Of a stretch of 64,000 bases of DNA, positions 1 through 12,633 are shown one piece after another. The translations under genes were made by a program, and so were the position numbers. Below the pieces are notes generated by a model. That model did not search any database. It was not told the DNA's origin and saw nothing but the letters and a program-made list of their open reading frames with translations. The stretch spans positions 20,640-84,639 of the forward strand of contig BEHE01000008.1 of NCBI GenBank assembly GCA_002898395.1. The letters run 5' to 3'. Source of the DNA: Candidatus Calditenuaceae archaeon HR02 (GTDB lineage Archaea; Thermoproteota; Nitrososphaeria_A; Caldarchaeales; Calditenuaceae). Position 1 is the first letter of the stretch. Each line of letters opens with the position of its first letter.

Positions 1-135
1 TACATATGGACTATTACTGCTGCAAAAACTTGCGCCATAGGGATGAATTGTGAGTAGGAGAGCTCGCAGAGTGTGCTTAAACGTCCCCATTTGATACGAT
101 TGCCGGCGTGGGCCCGGGGTTCTCAAGTAGATTAA

Positions 136-414
136 TTACCTGAAACGGTAGTTCATTTCCAGTTGCCGGTATAGTTCTTCGCTGCAGATAAAAGTGAACT
201 GGGGAAGCCCTTCCACCTTAATTTTCCCGTCAATCACGATGGTTGGGACACATCTTATACCGTATTCACGGATCTTCTCCCGGATTGAAGCATATTGTGT
301 TGTCAGCTCGTATATATCGAGTCTGCATCCAGCACATTTACCCACCTCTAACATATTCCGCACCCTCTCACATAAAGGACAATCACTAACAAAGAGTTCA
401 ATGTGGTGAGGCAT
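136..414 (-). CDS. Glutaredoxin/thioredoxin-like protein
   Basis: CPLC motif after the first strand and VPTIVIDG cis-Pro segment; likely start is the ATG at 414 (MPHHIELF) rather than 438. Confidence 0.8.
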   Translation of the reverse strand: MPHHIELFVSDCPLCERVRNMLEVGKCAGCRLDIYELTTQYASIREKIREYGIRCVPTIVIDGKIKVEGLPQFTFICSEELYRQLEMNYRFR

Positions 415-490
415 ACACAACCCATATAATGGAGCCATATAACTTTTAAGAATTTACATAGAAAAAGGTAATCCTCGAGCCCTGGATCGC

Positions 491-1519
491 TTATCGTAAT
501 GGAGGTGGCTGTGTTATGTGGATGACTGGCTTGGGCTTGTAGGGCTCCTCCAGGTATCTGGTCTCTTCGTCTGTGAGCTTGATTTCAAGCGATTCAACAG
601 CTTCTTCAAGGTGCTCTATTTTGCTTGTCCCTATTATGATAGATGTTACGTCTTTGCGGAGAAGCCAGGCTAGTGCTATCTGGCTTGGCTTGACGCCTTT
701 ACTCTCAGCTATTTCAATGACTCTCCCAACTATTTCCGCATTCTCTGGCGGCTCGATGTATGCCCTGTAGGCGTAGAAGCCTGTCTCGGGTTTCAGGCGG
801 TCAGGCGCATCCGGACCTACTATAAGCCTTCCATCCCTATAGAATCTGCCTGAGAGGACGCCCACCGCAGTTGGGCTATACACCATGTATCCAATGTTGT
901 GTGCCTTGCAGAAGGGAATCATTTCTCGTTCTTCCTCCCTGTAGAGGAGGTTGTAGGGTGTTTGGGTGCTTGTGAATTTCTCATAACCCTTATGCTCAGC
1001 GATGAAGAAGGCTTTAGCGAACTGCCACGTCCACATACTTGACCCACCGATGTATCTTACGAAACCCTGTCTCACAAGGTCTGTGAAGGCTGCGAGGGTC
1101 TCCTCAATCGGCGTCTCCGGGTCCCACCTATGTGTTTGGTAGAGGTCCACATAGTCGGTCTTAAGTCTGCGGAGGGAGTCCTTTACCTGCTTCATAATGT
1201 GTTTCCTCGACAATCCCCTGTCATTTGGCTTGTCGCTCATTGGGAAGAAGACCTTCGTCGCAACTACTGCGTCATCTCTCCTGCCCTGGAGGAATTCGCC
1301 GAGGATCTCTTCAGACAGGCCAGCGGAGTAGACGTTTGCAGTGTCGTAGAAGTTTATCCCTAAGTCCCACGACCTGTTCAGCACTTTGAGTGCCTCCTCT
1401 TTACCTACAATCCATCCACCACCCCCCATCGGCTGACGCCTAGGATCGCCGAACGACATACAGCCCATACATATTCTAGAGACCTTAAGCCCAGACCAGC
1501 CCAGACGAACGTACTCCAC
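491..1519 (-). CDS. Aldo/keto reductase (aryl-alcohol dehydrogenase-like)
   Basis: LGWSGLKVSRICMGCMSFG, YDTANVYSAG, SLRRLKTDYVDLYQTHRWD, QIALAWLL motifs. Confidence 0.93.
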   Translation of the reverse strand: MEYVRLGWSGLKVSRICMGCMSFGDPRRQPMGGGGWIVGKEEALKVLNRSWDLGINFYDTANVYSAGLSEEILGEFLQGRRDDAVVATKVFFPMSDKPNDRGLSRKHIMKQVKDSLRRLKTDYVDLYQTHRWDPETPIEETLAAFTDLVRQGFVRYIGGSSMWTWQFAKAFFIAEHKGYEKFTSTQTPYNLLYREEEREMIPFCKAHNIGYMVYSPTAVGVLSGRFYRDGRLIVGPDAPDRLKPETGFYAYRAYIEPPENAEIVGRVIEIAESKGVKPSQIALAWLLRKDVTSIIIGTSKIEHLEEAVESLEIKLTDEETRYLEEPYKPKPVIHITQPPPLR

Positions 1520-1688
1520 GCCTATGAGTCCGGCTTATGCCGCTAATAAAGATTTACGCACCTAGGCACAATTCTACAAACACATGCATTACTATAATGA
1601 GTGTGGGCTAGACAATGGGTGGTCACGCTGTTTATGCAATATGGGTGGAGGAGGATTTATCACTGGCCCTTAAGGCCCTGTTCTAGGC

Positions 1689-2726
1689 TTGGATAGGATT
1701 GGGTTTGCCGTAGTGGGGGCGGGAGTTATCGGGCAGGTCCATGCGAAAAACGTCTCGATGCTTGAGAGTTGCAAGCTTGTCGCTGTGGCAGACCAGGTTA
1801 GAAAGAGGGCTGAGCTGGTTGGGCAGAAGTTTGGCGCTAAAGCTTACACATCGATAGACGAGGTGGTTAAAGACCCTGAGGTCGAGGCTGTGGTGATTGC
1901 TACGCCTTCCTACCTTCACGCACCCCAGACACTCTACGCGCTCCAATATGGTAAACACGTTTTGGTGGAGAAGCCAATGGCCACGACGCTGAGGGGGGCG
2001 CGCCTGATCTCTGAGAGCGCCAAGAATGCTGGGCTTAGGTTAGGTGTGGTTTTTCAGGAAAGGTATCTGGAGACGGTTAGGCAGCTTAAGGAGTTGGTCT
2101 CAGACGGTGGTCTGGGGAAAGTTTACCTAATTGAGGCTGAACTTAAGTGGTGGAGAGGTGAGAGCGATTATTACAGGAGTGACGAGATTGCAAGGAGTTG
2201 GAGGGGGTATTGGGAGACGGAGGGTGGCGGGGTCTTGATGAACCAGGCAATACACACGCTAGACTTGGTCCTCTGGCTAGGTGGAGAGGTGGAGGAGGTT
2301 TCGGGATACATCTCCAACGCGTCACATCCTTCGGTAGAGGTGGAGGATGTAGCCACGGCGGCAATAAGATTCAGAAGCGGGGCCCTCGGAACAATCTCAG
2401 CCACAGTGAACATACGGCCGACAAACAGGCAGTATAGAAAGATACGAGTGCTAGGCACGAACGGGTTTGCAGAGATACACGACCTCTCGCTTAGAATCTC
2501 GACGGAGGAGGGCGAAGTACAAGTCGATGGCAGCGGAGTAGTATTTGGAGACCTCCACAGGGCACTCTTAGCGGACTTCGCCGACTGTATCAGGGGTGAG
2601 AGAGAGTTTCCAGTGAATGGTGATGAGGGTATTAAAAGCCTTGAGTTGGTCAAGGCAATTTATCTGAGCTCCGAGAGGGGTGTGAAGGTATCTCTGCCGC
2701 TCAGGTGGGGTGATGGACTTCTTTGA
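1689..2726 (+). CDS. Gfo/Idh/MocA-family oxidoreductase
   Basis: GAGVIG Rossmann motif, HVLVEKPM, GGGVLMNQAIHTLD. Confidence 0.93.
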   Translation: MDRIGFAVVGAGVIGQVHAKNVSMLESCKLVAVADQVRKRAELVGQKFGAKAYTSIDEVVKDPEVEAVVIATPSYLHAPQTLYALQYGKHVLVEKPMATTLRGARLISESAKNAGLRLGVVFQERYLETVRQLKELVSDGGLGKVYLIEAELKWWRGESDYYRSDEIARSWRGYWETEGGGVLMNQAIHTLDLVLWLGGEVEEVSGYISNASHPSVEVEDVATAAIRFRSGALGTISATVNIRPTNRQYRKIRVLGTNGFAEIHDLSLRISTEEGEVQVDGSGVVFGDLHRALLADFADCIRGEREFPVNGDEGIKSLELVKAIYLSSERGVKVSLPLRWGDGLL

Positions 2727-3496
2727 GGCTGTGTTTTACTAGCTTGGCTTATCCTGAGCTGGCTTTGGCCGAGGTTTTGGAGCGGGCGGTCATAATGGGT
2801 TTCGACGGCGTCGAACTAAGGGTGGCTGAGGACGGGATTCACTTGAGTCCTGTCTCACCTATCCCGCGCCAACAGATAGAGTTCCTAGAGTCCTACAACC
2901 TGCCAGTCCCGGTCCTCTCAAGCTATCTCAGACTCTCCGAGATGCAGGGCGGCGACAGGACTCCGGCCGCCTCGCTCGCGAATAATTTGGTCAAACTGGC
3001 CGCAGAGATTGGTGCATCAGGCCTAAGGGTTTATGGAGGCGAGTTTCCGAAGAGTCCTGAGCGCGTTATAAATGGCTACAAGCGGCTGGTCAGGATAGCG
3101 GAAGACTATGACGTAAAAATAATGATTGAGACCCATGACCACCTTGCAGAGACTTCTAACATCGCGAAGCTGTTGGGCCTCTCGGATGAGCCAATATTTC
3201 TCTACGATCCAGCCAACATAATCTTGGCCGGCGGTTCACATGGTGAGGCATTCAAACTGTTGAAGGGGCGGATATGGCATGTGCACTTGAAGGACTTTGT
3301 TGCGAGTGAGGGTAGGAGATTTTTTACGCCTCCCGGCGAGGGTGTTGTCCCCCTCCCAGAAATCGTCTCTGATCTCAAGCAGTCGGGGTATGTGGGCTAT
3401 CTCTCCGTGGAGTGGGAGAGGTTCTGGCACAGAGACTTGGTGAGCGGAGACATTATACTTCCCCTCTATCGCGATTATCTGAGGCGGCTTATATGA
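2723..3496 (+). CDS. Sugar phosphate isomerase/epimerase (AP endonuclease 2 TIM barrel)
   Basis: GFDGVEL, IETHD, YDPAN, HVHLKD, GEGVVP, LSVEWE; 4-nt overlap with the upstream gene. Confidence 0.88.
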   Translation: MRLCFTSLAYPELALAEVLERAVIMGFDGVELRVAEDGIHLSPVSPIPRQQIEFLESYNLPVPVLSSYLRLSEMQGGDRTPAASLANNLVKLAAEIGASGLRVYGGEFPKSPERVINGYKRLVRIAEDYDVKIMIETHDHLAETSNIAKLLGLSDEPIFLYDPANIILAGGSHGEAFKLLKGRIWHVHLKDFVASEGRRFFTPPGEGVVPLPEIVSDLKQSGYVGYLSVEWERFWHRDLVSGDIILPLYRDYLRRLI

Positions 3497-4302
3497 AGCT
3501 CGGAATAATCTCTGACGAGATATCGCAGGACCCGAATCACGCATTCAGGGTAGCGAAGCGCCTCGGGGCGACACAGGTCGAGATACGCGACGTCTGGGGT
3601 AAAAATGTCTGCGTATTAGGCGACAACGAAGTCCTCGAGCTTAAGAAGATTGCCCAAACGCATGGGCTCGAGATATCCAATATAGATTCCTATGCCTTCA
3701 AAATCTACATTGATGACAAAGATGGCCATGCTCAGAGCCTAAGGATCCTGAGGAGGGCGATAGAGCTCACAAAGCTGCTCGATCTTAGTTTCACGAGGAT
3801 ATTCACCTTTTGGTGGCAGGGAGGGCTGACCAAGCATCTTGACCGTATTGCTGACCTTCTCAGCCCGGCTCTAGACATCGCCTCCGACGAAGGCGTCGTA
3901 CTGGCGGTTGAGAACGAGTATAGCTGCATGGTCGGGACAGGGTGTGAGACTAGGGTTCTCCTTGATGCGGTTAAGAGCCAGTGGCTGAAAGTTCTATGGG
4001 ACCCCGGCAATGCATTTTTCGCCCGAGAAAACCCATACCCAGACGGCTACACCCAAGTGAAAGAAAATATAATCCATGTACACTTAAAGGACGCCTGTGT
4101 AGAGAATGGCTCCTTCAAGTTCAAGCCAATAGGCTCAGGCATGATAGACTATAAAGGACAGCTACGGGAATTAGCCTCAAGCTTCAGAGGCGTGGTTTCC
4201 CTCGAGACACACTATATTCCACCGGGCAGGACAAGGGAGGATGGCACAATTGAGTCTTTCAATGGTCTTCTAAGCATCCTTTCCAGACTAAAATATGTCT
4301 GA
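3493..4302 (+). CDS. Sugar phosphate isomerase/epimerase (AP endonuclease 2 TIM barrel)
   Basis: Start MKLGIISDEI at 3493 (ATGA overlap); VENE, WDPGN, HVHLKD, SLETH. Confidence 0.88.
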   Translation: MKLGIISDEISQDPNHAFRVAKRLGATQVEIRDVWGKNVCVLGDNEVLELKKIAQTHGLEISNIDSYAFKIYIDDKDGHAQSLRILRRAIELTKLLDLSFTRIFTFWWQGGLTKHLDRIADLLSPALDIASDEGVVLAVENEYSCMVGTGCETRVLLDAVKSQWLKVLWDPGNAFFARENPYPDGYTQVKENIIHVHLKDACVENGSFKFKPIGSGMIDYKGQLRELASSFRGVVSLETHYIPPGRTREDGTIESFNGLLSILSRLKYV

Positions 4303-4305
4303 TTA

Positions 4306-5532
4306 CTATTTTCTTAGGAGGAGCTGTCTAAGCCCATCTAGGTATGCCTCCCTGTCCTCAGATCCTCTGCCCCTAAGTGGCCTCCGAGCCGCATAGCACG
4401 CTGCGCCTATGGCGTAGATCGGTTCAACACCATTCGCCAAAAAGGCTGCCGAGAGGGATGTGGCAACGCCTAGGATATATCTGGAGCTGACTGGTGGCTC
4501 TATCCAGTTGGACTTCAGGTAAACACCGTCCGAGATAGAGTCCCAGCCGCCCACTAGATAGACGGGTTTTCCAATGGTTTTCGCGAGATCCGCCGCATCC
4601 CCTCCAACCTGCTCTTGGATTGGCTTTACTAGGGCGCTGAGGCTTCCAAAACTCTCTGCAACTCCATAACCCACCAAGAGACCGTCCACCGTCACAGTTA
4701 ACCCCCCGCCCAGCATCTCCACCCTTGGCTCCACTCCGAGTATTCTCAAGACCTCAGCCGCCCCCCGAGCCTCCTCAGCTCCACCCCTTATACTCGCCGA
4801 CACGGGCCGCCTCAGCCTTGACAGGGAGTAGGCTAGGTCGCCAGGGCCAGCGATGGCCTCGGCGTCTGGTGGCGCACCTATGGGCTCGATATAGGTTTTG
4901 CCGGCCAGTTCCCGTTGAAGCGTCATGAACGGTTTAGCTCCGTGAAGTGTGATCGTGACACTAGGTCTGACAGTGGTGGTGTATTTTCCCGTGTCGGGGT
5001 CCATACCGGATGGGACGTCTATCGAGAAAACCTTCGCAGGGGGTGAATTGATGAAGTTGATGGCTGTTTTGTATGGCTCTCTGATCTCCCCTCGGATGCC
5101 GGTTCCGAATATACCGTCTATTATGATGTCGGCCTCCCTGAAGAGTTGCTGGAGCCTATATAGGGCCTCAAGCGTGTCTGAAACATAATAGTCGACGCTC
5201 CTCCTCATTCTACTAATTGCCTCCCAGTTAGCTGCAGCTTCAGGTGTCCTGATCTGGTCCGGCCTAGCCAGTAAGATAACAGATAGTCTAGCTACCTTGC
5301 CAGCCAGGTGTCGCGCTGCAACCAAAGCATCCCCACCATTATTCCCGGGACCGGCAACGACGAGTACTTTAGCCGATGTGAGGTCCGGCACCTCCATAGC
5401 CAACACCCTAGCCACCGCAGCCCCCGCATTCTCCATGAGGAGTCTCCTATCGACGCCGAGGTATGCAGAGTTCTCGTCTACGATTCCAATCTCGTAGCTC
5501 CTGTATTGGCGTCTCTCTCCCATAAACTTCAC
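4306..5532 (-). CDS. nnrE: NAD(P)H-hydrate epimerase (YjeF-N) with a degenerate C-terminal domain
   Basis: LMENAG, GPGNNGGD, DGIFGTG, SIDVPSG motifs. Confidence 0.88.
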   Translation of the reverse strand: MKFMGERRQYRSYEIGIVDENSAYLGVDRRLLMENAGAAVARVLAMEVPDLTSAKVLVVAGPGNNGGDALVAARHLAGKVARLSVILLARPDQIRTPEAAANWEAISRMRRSVDYYVSDTLEALYRLQQLFREADIIIDGIFGTGIRGEIREPYKTAINFINSPPAKVFSIDVPSGMDPDTGKYTTTVRPSVTITLHGAKPFMTLQRELAGKTYIEPIGAPPDAEAIAGPGDLAYSLSRLRRPVSASIRGGAEEARGAAEVLRILGVEPRVEMLGGGLTVTVDGLLVGYGVAESFGSLSALVKPIQEQVGGDAADLAKTIGKPVYLVGGWDSISDGVYLKSNWIEPPVSSRYILGVATSLSAAFLANGVEPIYAIGAACYAARRPLRGRGSEDREAYLDGLRQLLLRK

Positions 5533-5577
5533 ATGGGTTCGGCAGGGTCTAAAACTTATTCGCGGGCAGGGGCCCTA

Positions 5578-6267
5578 TTAATTTTGACCCGTAGGGTTGG
5601 CTCTTGCTTTGTTCCGTCTTAGGGAGAGTATTTCTACAAGATTCGCTAGGACCGCCCTAATCCCGCCCTTCTCGAGGTGGTTCGCCAGTAGCTCCCAGTC
5701 GACCCTTAAGATTATGACGGTTATGGCCACCAGCACGGATATTGAGATGATGGTTGCGCCGAAACCTCCGTTTAGGAGTATATCTAACGCCTCCATGTAT
5801 GTCCGTCCAAGATATGCGACAAAGATCGCTAGGAGCACCTTGCCCGCAGTGCTGTAGGCCATGAACTTTGTGAAGGAGTATCTCGTCATGCCAATAGGGA
5901 TGTAATAAACGTCGTCGGGGAGCGGTGTAAGGGCGAAGATGAAGACCCCGATGGCACCATACCTCCCAATCAGCCTGTTGAGCGCATCTATACTCCGCTT
6001 CCTCTCTTGCCCGAGAAACCTGTATCCCACTCTTCCGAGGAGATAGGATGTAATCTTCCCAAGCGCTCCACCAAGCCCCGAGACTAGCCCGAGCATAAGA
6101 GGGTCGAGTATTCCTGAGAGAATGACTACTACGAAGAGGTAGGGGAGGGGGAGAAACGGAATCGCACTCCCAACCAATGAAAGTAGGAAGACACCTGGAT
6201 ACCCGCTTTTAACCGCGAAGATTTCAAGCTGCCTGAAGAGGTCGTTCAGCGCTGAGAAGTCAGACAC
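5578..6267 (-). CDS. DedA/VTT (SNARE-associated) membrane protein
   Basis: GGALGKITSYLLGR and FALTPLPDD motifs, several hydrophobic helices. Confidence 0.85.
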   Translation of the reverse strand: MSDFSALNDLFRQLEIFAVKSGYPGVFLLSLVGSAIPFLPLPYLFVVVILSGILDPLMLGLVSGLGGALGKITSYLLGRVGYRFLGQERKRSIDALNRLIGRYGAIGVFIFALTPLPDDVYYIPIGMTRYSFTKFMAYSTAGKVLLAIFVAYLGRTYMEALDILLNGGFGATIISISVLVAITVIILRVDWELLANHLEKGGIRAVLANLVEILSLRRNKARANPTGQN

Positions 6268-7618
6268 TCGTCTTTAACACCTCTCTGATGGCCTCTTCCA
6301 CCATCTGGGTGAGCCTATTGAGACCATCAGGCGTTGTTGACTCGGCCGTATACTTTACCTGGGGCATCGTGTTGGAGGGTCTGACGAGCACCCAGCCATC
6401 CTGGAAGAAGGCCTTGACGCCGTCGATGTCTATGATCCTCAGGGCCTTGGGGCGTAGCATCTTCGCCACCTTTTCGACGACCTCTTGCTTCAGCTCGTCT
6501 GGAACCTCAACCACTTTGATGCTGGATGCATAGTATCTTGGAAGACTATCTACAAGCTCTGATAGGGGTTGGTCAAGCCTCGAGACGAGCTCAGCCATCT
6601 TAGCTACGGCGTAGAGGCCGTCGTCAAATCCGTGGAGTTCTGAGAAATATATATGATTGCTCTTTTCACCGCCTATAATAGCTCCAACCTCCCTGACCTT
6701 GCTGAGCATGAAGGCTCGGCCAGTCCTGCTCAGAACCGGCTCGAACCCAAGCTTCCTACTTACCTCTTCTACAACGGAGCTGCAGCTCACGTCATAGACT
6801 ATCTTACCCTTCCTATCTAGCCCGTGGAGGAAGACAGCTAGTGTGAGGTCGCCCTCAAGAAACCTGCCCCTCTCGTCTAGAAATACTGAGCGGTCGGCGT
6901 CGCCGTCTAGTCCAGCCCCCAGATCCGCATCTCCACGCCTCATGGAATCCGCGAGTTGTTTGAGGGTCTCGGGTGTCGGCTCCGGCGGATGCGCTGGAAA
7001 ACGGCCATCAAGCGCCTCGTTAAGGGACGTCAAGTCGCATCCTATGTCTCTCAGGAGCTTTGGCCCGATGATTCCTCCCGCGCCGTTCGAGAAGTCCACA
7101 AACAACTTAACCCTCCTGCGGAGCCTCACAAGACCTCTAACCCTCTCGACATAATGTGTTGTGATGTCGACCAGCTCTGCCTTGGCTTTCCGGGGCCGAT
7201 CTACCCTAACCTCTTCGAAGAATATCTTCTTGAGCGTGCTCATACCCCGCACCTCTGATACAGTCTCGCCATCACCCAGCACGAGCTTGAAGCCATTCCA
7301 ATCGGGTGGATTATGACTTGCCGTGACCTGCACCCCACCACTGTAGCCCAGCTCAACAACGCCAAAGTATAGGACAGGTGTGGGAACAATGCCTGCGTCC
7401 TCTACCTCAACACCTCCATCGAGAAGGCCTGCAATCAGTGCCTGGGAGAGGCTTGGGCCGCTGAGCCTGACATCCCTCCCGACTAGGACCCTGCCCTCAC
7501 CACCCAACATCTTCGCAAAGGATAGGCCCACGCGATAAGCTATTGCCTCGTCAAGCTCTGCCGGATACCTCCCACGAATGTCGTATGCCCTGAAGATCGC
7601 CTGGCTCACTTCTCTCAA
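6260..7618 (-). CDS. Phosphomannomutase/phosphoglucomutase
   Basis: FRAYDIRG, TASHNP, DGDADR, GEKSNH, VRPSNT. Confidence 0.95.
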   Translation of the reverse strand: MREVSQAIFRAYDIRGRYPAELDEAIAYRVGLSFAKMLGGEGRVLVGRDVRLSGPSLSQALIAGLLDGGVEVEDAGIVPTPVLYFGVVELGYSGGVQVTASHNPPDWNGFKLVLGDGETVSEVRGMSTLKKIFFEEVRVDRPRKAKAELVDITTHYVERVRGLVRLRRRVKLFVDFSNGAGGIIGPKLLRDIGCDLTSLNEALDGRFPAHPPEPTPETLKQLADSMRRGDADLGAGLDGDADRSVFLDERGRFLEGDLTLAVFLHGLDRKGKIVYDVSCSSVVEEVSRKLGFEPVLSRTGRAFMLSKVREVGAIIGGEKSNHIYFSELHGFDDGLYAVAKMAELVSRLDQPLSELVDSLPRYYASSIKVVEVPDELKQEVVEKVAKMLRPKALRIIDIDGVKAFFQDGWVLVRPSNTMPQVKYTAESTTPDGLNRLTQMVEEAIREVLKTSV

Positions 7619-7640
7619 TCTATTTTACCTGCGGCCTCCT

Positions 7641-8309
7641 TCAGATATATGTAAACCTTACCCCAACCCTATCTGAGTTGTATTGCCTATTCAGTCTTAT
7701 CAGGAGCACCGTCAGCCTCTCGGTGATCCTCGAGTATTTCAGACCACCAGCGTACAGTGGCCGAACACCCTTAATCAGTGATAGGACTTCCATGACCTCC
7801 CTAGATGCCTCCTTCTCGCCACAGACCACAACGTCGCAGTCAACAGGGCTGTCCAGATCCTCCAGCGCATTGGCCGGAATGTAGGTCAACGCCGACACAA
7901 CCTTCACACCATCGCCCAAGATTGCTTGGAGAGCCTCAGCCGCTGAACCGCTGGAGGGCTCCAGATACTCGGGCCCACCGCCGAGGTCTGATTCCAAGGG
8001 AACAACGCAGGAAACAGCTATGGAACCCGTCTTCATTACATGTTTGACGTTTTTAGCGAGCTGGAATAGGCCGGGGAACGGGACGGCGAAGAAAACTAGG
8101 TCAGCCTTTGCAGCCGACGCCTCGTTTAGATCGCCCACCGCGAATACTCCGCCAATAATTCTGTTCACCTCCTCCGCGACCCTCGCCGCTCTCTCAGCAT
8201 CCCGTGAGCCTATTATCACTCTTCGCCCAGCCTTTGTGAGCCTTAAAGCTAGGGCTCTCCCAAGCCCCGCTGTGCCACCAAGAATAGCTATAAATCTCTC
8301 GCCAATCAT
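7641..8309 (-). CDS. npdG: NADPH-dependent F420 reductase family protein
   Basis: ILGGTAGLGRALALRL, IIGSRDAERA, DCDVVVCG, C-terminal LLIRLNRQY..GVRF. Confidence 0.82.
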   Translation of the reverse strand: MIGERFIAILGGTAGLGRALALRLTKAGRRVIIGSRDAERAARVAEEVNRIIGGVFAVGDLNEASAAKADLVFFAVPFPGLFQLAKNVKHVMKTGSIAVSCVVPLESDLGGGPEYLEPSSGSAAEALQAILGDGVKVVSALTYIPANALEDLDSPVDCDVVVCGEKEASREVMEVLSLIKGVRPLYAGGLKYSRITERLTVLLIRLNRQYNSDRVGVRFTYI

Positions 8310-8965
8310 TGCTGAGAACCAATCCCGAGGGAGGAGAGGATCTGCTGCACCTCCTCTTCTGGGAGTTGGACGACTTCAACCGACCCCCTCATCCACGGGT
8401 GTGGAATACAGAAGTATTGATACGTGCCTGGTTCTCTGAAGGAGTAGCTCCAGTTTTGCCCTGGCGCGAAAAGCCCCGAGTCGAATAGCCTGTTGACATG
8501 TGTGACCGTGTGGGAGACATCTATGTTCTCTTTATTGATCCAGACTACAGTGTGGTTTACGTTTAACACGACCGCGATGTGCTTTGGCACGAAATTATCA
8601 GGCTGAGTAGGGTCCCAGGAGCCGGGGATAATATTCACTATGACCTTGATAGGGGACTCCCTGAACTCCTCCTTAACCTTCCAAAGCTTGAAAGGCCCGG
8701 AATATGTGACCGCGGAGACCGTGAGGCCTGCCGTGGAAACGAAGACTACTAGGCCGATGCTCACAATGTGTATTGGTTTAACGTTTGGAAAACCGCCCCG
8801 TGCAAGCCCGCCCGCAAAGATTATGACCCCCATGAAAAGTAGTAGGGCTGATAGGGCCTGCAGCCCCAGCTCGAAGGTGTGGGAAATCCCTGAATACGTC
8901 AGGAATATGCCTGCTACTCCTAGAAGAATCATTACCACGCCTATCCACGTGGAGGTCGAGTCCAT
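8306..8965 (-). CDS. Membrane-anchored cupredoxin (plastocyanin/azurin-like blue copper protein)
   Basis: Three N-terminal TM helices; type-1 Cu ligands in HTVTH and YFCIPHPWM. Confidence 0.88.
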   Translation of the reverse strand: MDSTSTWIGVVMILLGVAGIFLTYSGISHTFELGLQALSALLLFMGVIIFAGGLARGGFPNVKPIHIVSIGLVVFVSTAGLTVSAVTYSGPFKLWKVKEEFRESPIKVIVNIIPGSWDPTQPDNFVPKHIAVVLNVNHTVVWINKENIDVSHTVTHVNRLFDSGLFAPGQNWSYSFREPGTYQYFCIPHPWMRGSVEVVQLPEEEVQQILSSLGIGSQQ

Positions 8966-9009
8966 CTAAAATCCAACTCCAAAGCCCCTTATTTAACCTG
9001 AGTCGCCGC

Positions 9010-11181
<2,172 letters not shown>

Positions 11182-11282
11182 CTAACAATTAGGAAGCCAC
11201 CAACGATAAATTCTTTACCTTACTATCCACTCAGAATCAATAAAACTTAATATTTAGATTTATCAATGAAAACAGTGCCGAA

Positions 11283-11729
11283 ATGAGGGGTGGGAGCCGG
11301 GCTGGACACCCTGTATCTAATTCAAAGGGCCTTGGCAGGCACCTGATCGTAGAGTTATTTGGATGTGATCCCGGCATTTTGAGCGATCCTAATCTGCTAG
11401 ATGAGATACTGACCGAGGCGGCACTCTATAGCGGCGCCACAATAGTGGGGAGGTATCGTGAGAAATTCGGCGGGGGCGGGGGGGTTTCAGCAATTGTTGT
11501 TATCAAGGAGAGTCATATATCGATACATACGTGGCCGGAGCTTGGCTATGCGGCGCTCGACATCTATACATGTGGGGAGAGCGTAGACCCGTGGAAAGCC
11601 TATGAATTTATTGTAGGGAAGCTTGAACCGGCAAACGTGGGAGCCTTTGAGATAATACGCGGACTAAATGTTGAGAGGTATATGAGAATGAGTCTTCAAG
11701 CCCAAGAAGAGAAGATTAGAGGTGGATAA
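11283..11729 (+). CDS. speD: Pyruvoyl S-adenosylmethionine decarboxylase proenzyme
   Basis: GRHLIVELFGC, cleavage motif ESHISIHTWPE, DIYTCG; overlaps speE. Confidence 0.85.
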   Translation: MRGGSRAGHPVSNSKGLGRHLIVELFGCDPGILSDPNLLDEILTEAALYSGATIVGRYREKFGGGGGVSAIVVIKESHISIHTWPELGYAALDIYTCGESVDPWKAYEFIVGKLEPANVGAFEIIRGLNVERYMRMSLQAQEEKIRGG

Positions 11730-12633
11730 GCTGGCCTACTGGTATACAGAGTGGATCTCTGAAGGAGTAGTCGAGTCGTTTAGGATTATTAGGCCAATTT
11801 ACCAGGGTAGGACGAACTATCAGAGGCTCGAGATACTAGAAACAGAGCCCTACGGCACATGCCTACTCCTAGACGGCAAGATGCAGTCTGCCCTCTTAGA
11901 TGAGCACATCTACCACGAAACGCTCGTCCACCCGGCTATGTGCCTGAGCGAAGAGCCTAGGCGCGTAGTCATCATAGGAGGTGGGGAGGGAGCAACCCTG
12001 CGGGAGGTTCTCAGATGGCAGACTGTTGAGGAGGTGTTCTTAATAGATTTAGATAGAGAGGTTGTCGAGCTTTGCCAGAAGTATTTACCCCAGCTCTCCT
12101 CTGGAGCTTTTAATGACTCGCGGCTGAGGTTGTTTTTTGAGGATGGGAGGAGATGGGTGGCTGAGAAGCTGGAGGGGAGCGTGGATGTTTTTATAGTTGA
12201 TGTTACTGACCCCCTAGAGCGCGGCCCATCCTACCTCCTCTACACCTCAGAGTTTTACTCGCTCCTGTACTCAAAACTCTCAGAGAACGGGGTGGTAGCC
12301 ACACACGCCACGTCCCCAACCCACACGCCTCTCGCATATCAGTCCATTAAGAAGACGATGCAGCACGTCTTTTCTCGCGTCTCAGAGTTGGCTACCTTTA
12401 TCATATCATTCTCATCCGTTTGGGGTTTCCTCTATGGCTCTAAGAGGAGAGTCCTAGAGTCGATTAGGGGGGTAGATGTCGATAGAATTCTTAGAGGAGC
12501 TGGAGTGAGGGGTCTAAAGTTTTATAGAGGTGCCACACACGAGGCCCTGCTAGAATTGACGAGACACTATGTGGGGCTTAGGAGCGTGGAGCCGCGTTTA
12601 ATCAAGGACTCTGAACCATTATTCATTGTTTGA
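11722..12633 (+). CDS. speE: Polyamine aminopropyltransferase (spermidine synthase)
   Basis: LLLDGKMQS, DEHIYHETLVHP, IIGGGEGATLRE, DVTDP. Confidence 0.93.
   Translation: MDKLAYWYTEWISEGVVESFRIIRPIYQGRTNYQRLEILETEPYGTCLLLDGKMQSALLDEHIYHETLVHPAMCLSEEPRRVVIIGGGEGATLREVLRWQTVEEVFLIDLDREVVELCQKYLPQLSSGAFNDSRLRLFFEDGRRWVAEKLEGSVDVFIVDVTDPLERGPSYLLYTSEFYSLLYSKLSENGVVATHATSPTHTPLAYQSIKKTMQHVFSRVSELATFIISFSSVWGFLYGSKRRVLESIRGVDVDRILRGAGVRGLKFYRGATHEALLELTRHYVGLRSVEPRLIKDSEPLFIV

Noticed and set aside
11283-11729. Possible arginine decarboxylase rather than SAM decarboxylase
   Set aside because: The two crenarchaeal paralogues cannot be separated by eye; adjacency to speE favours speD.
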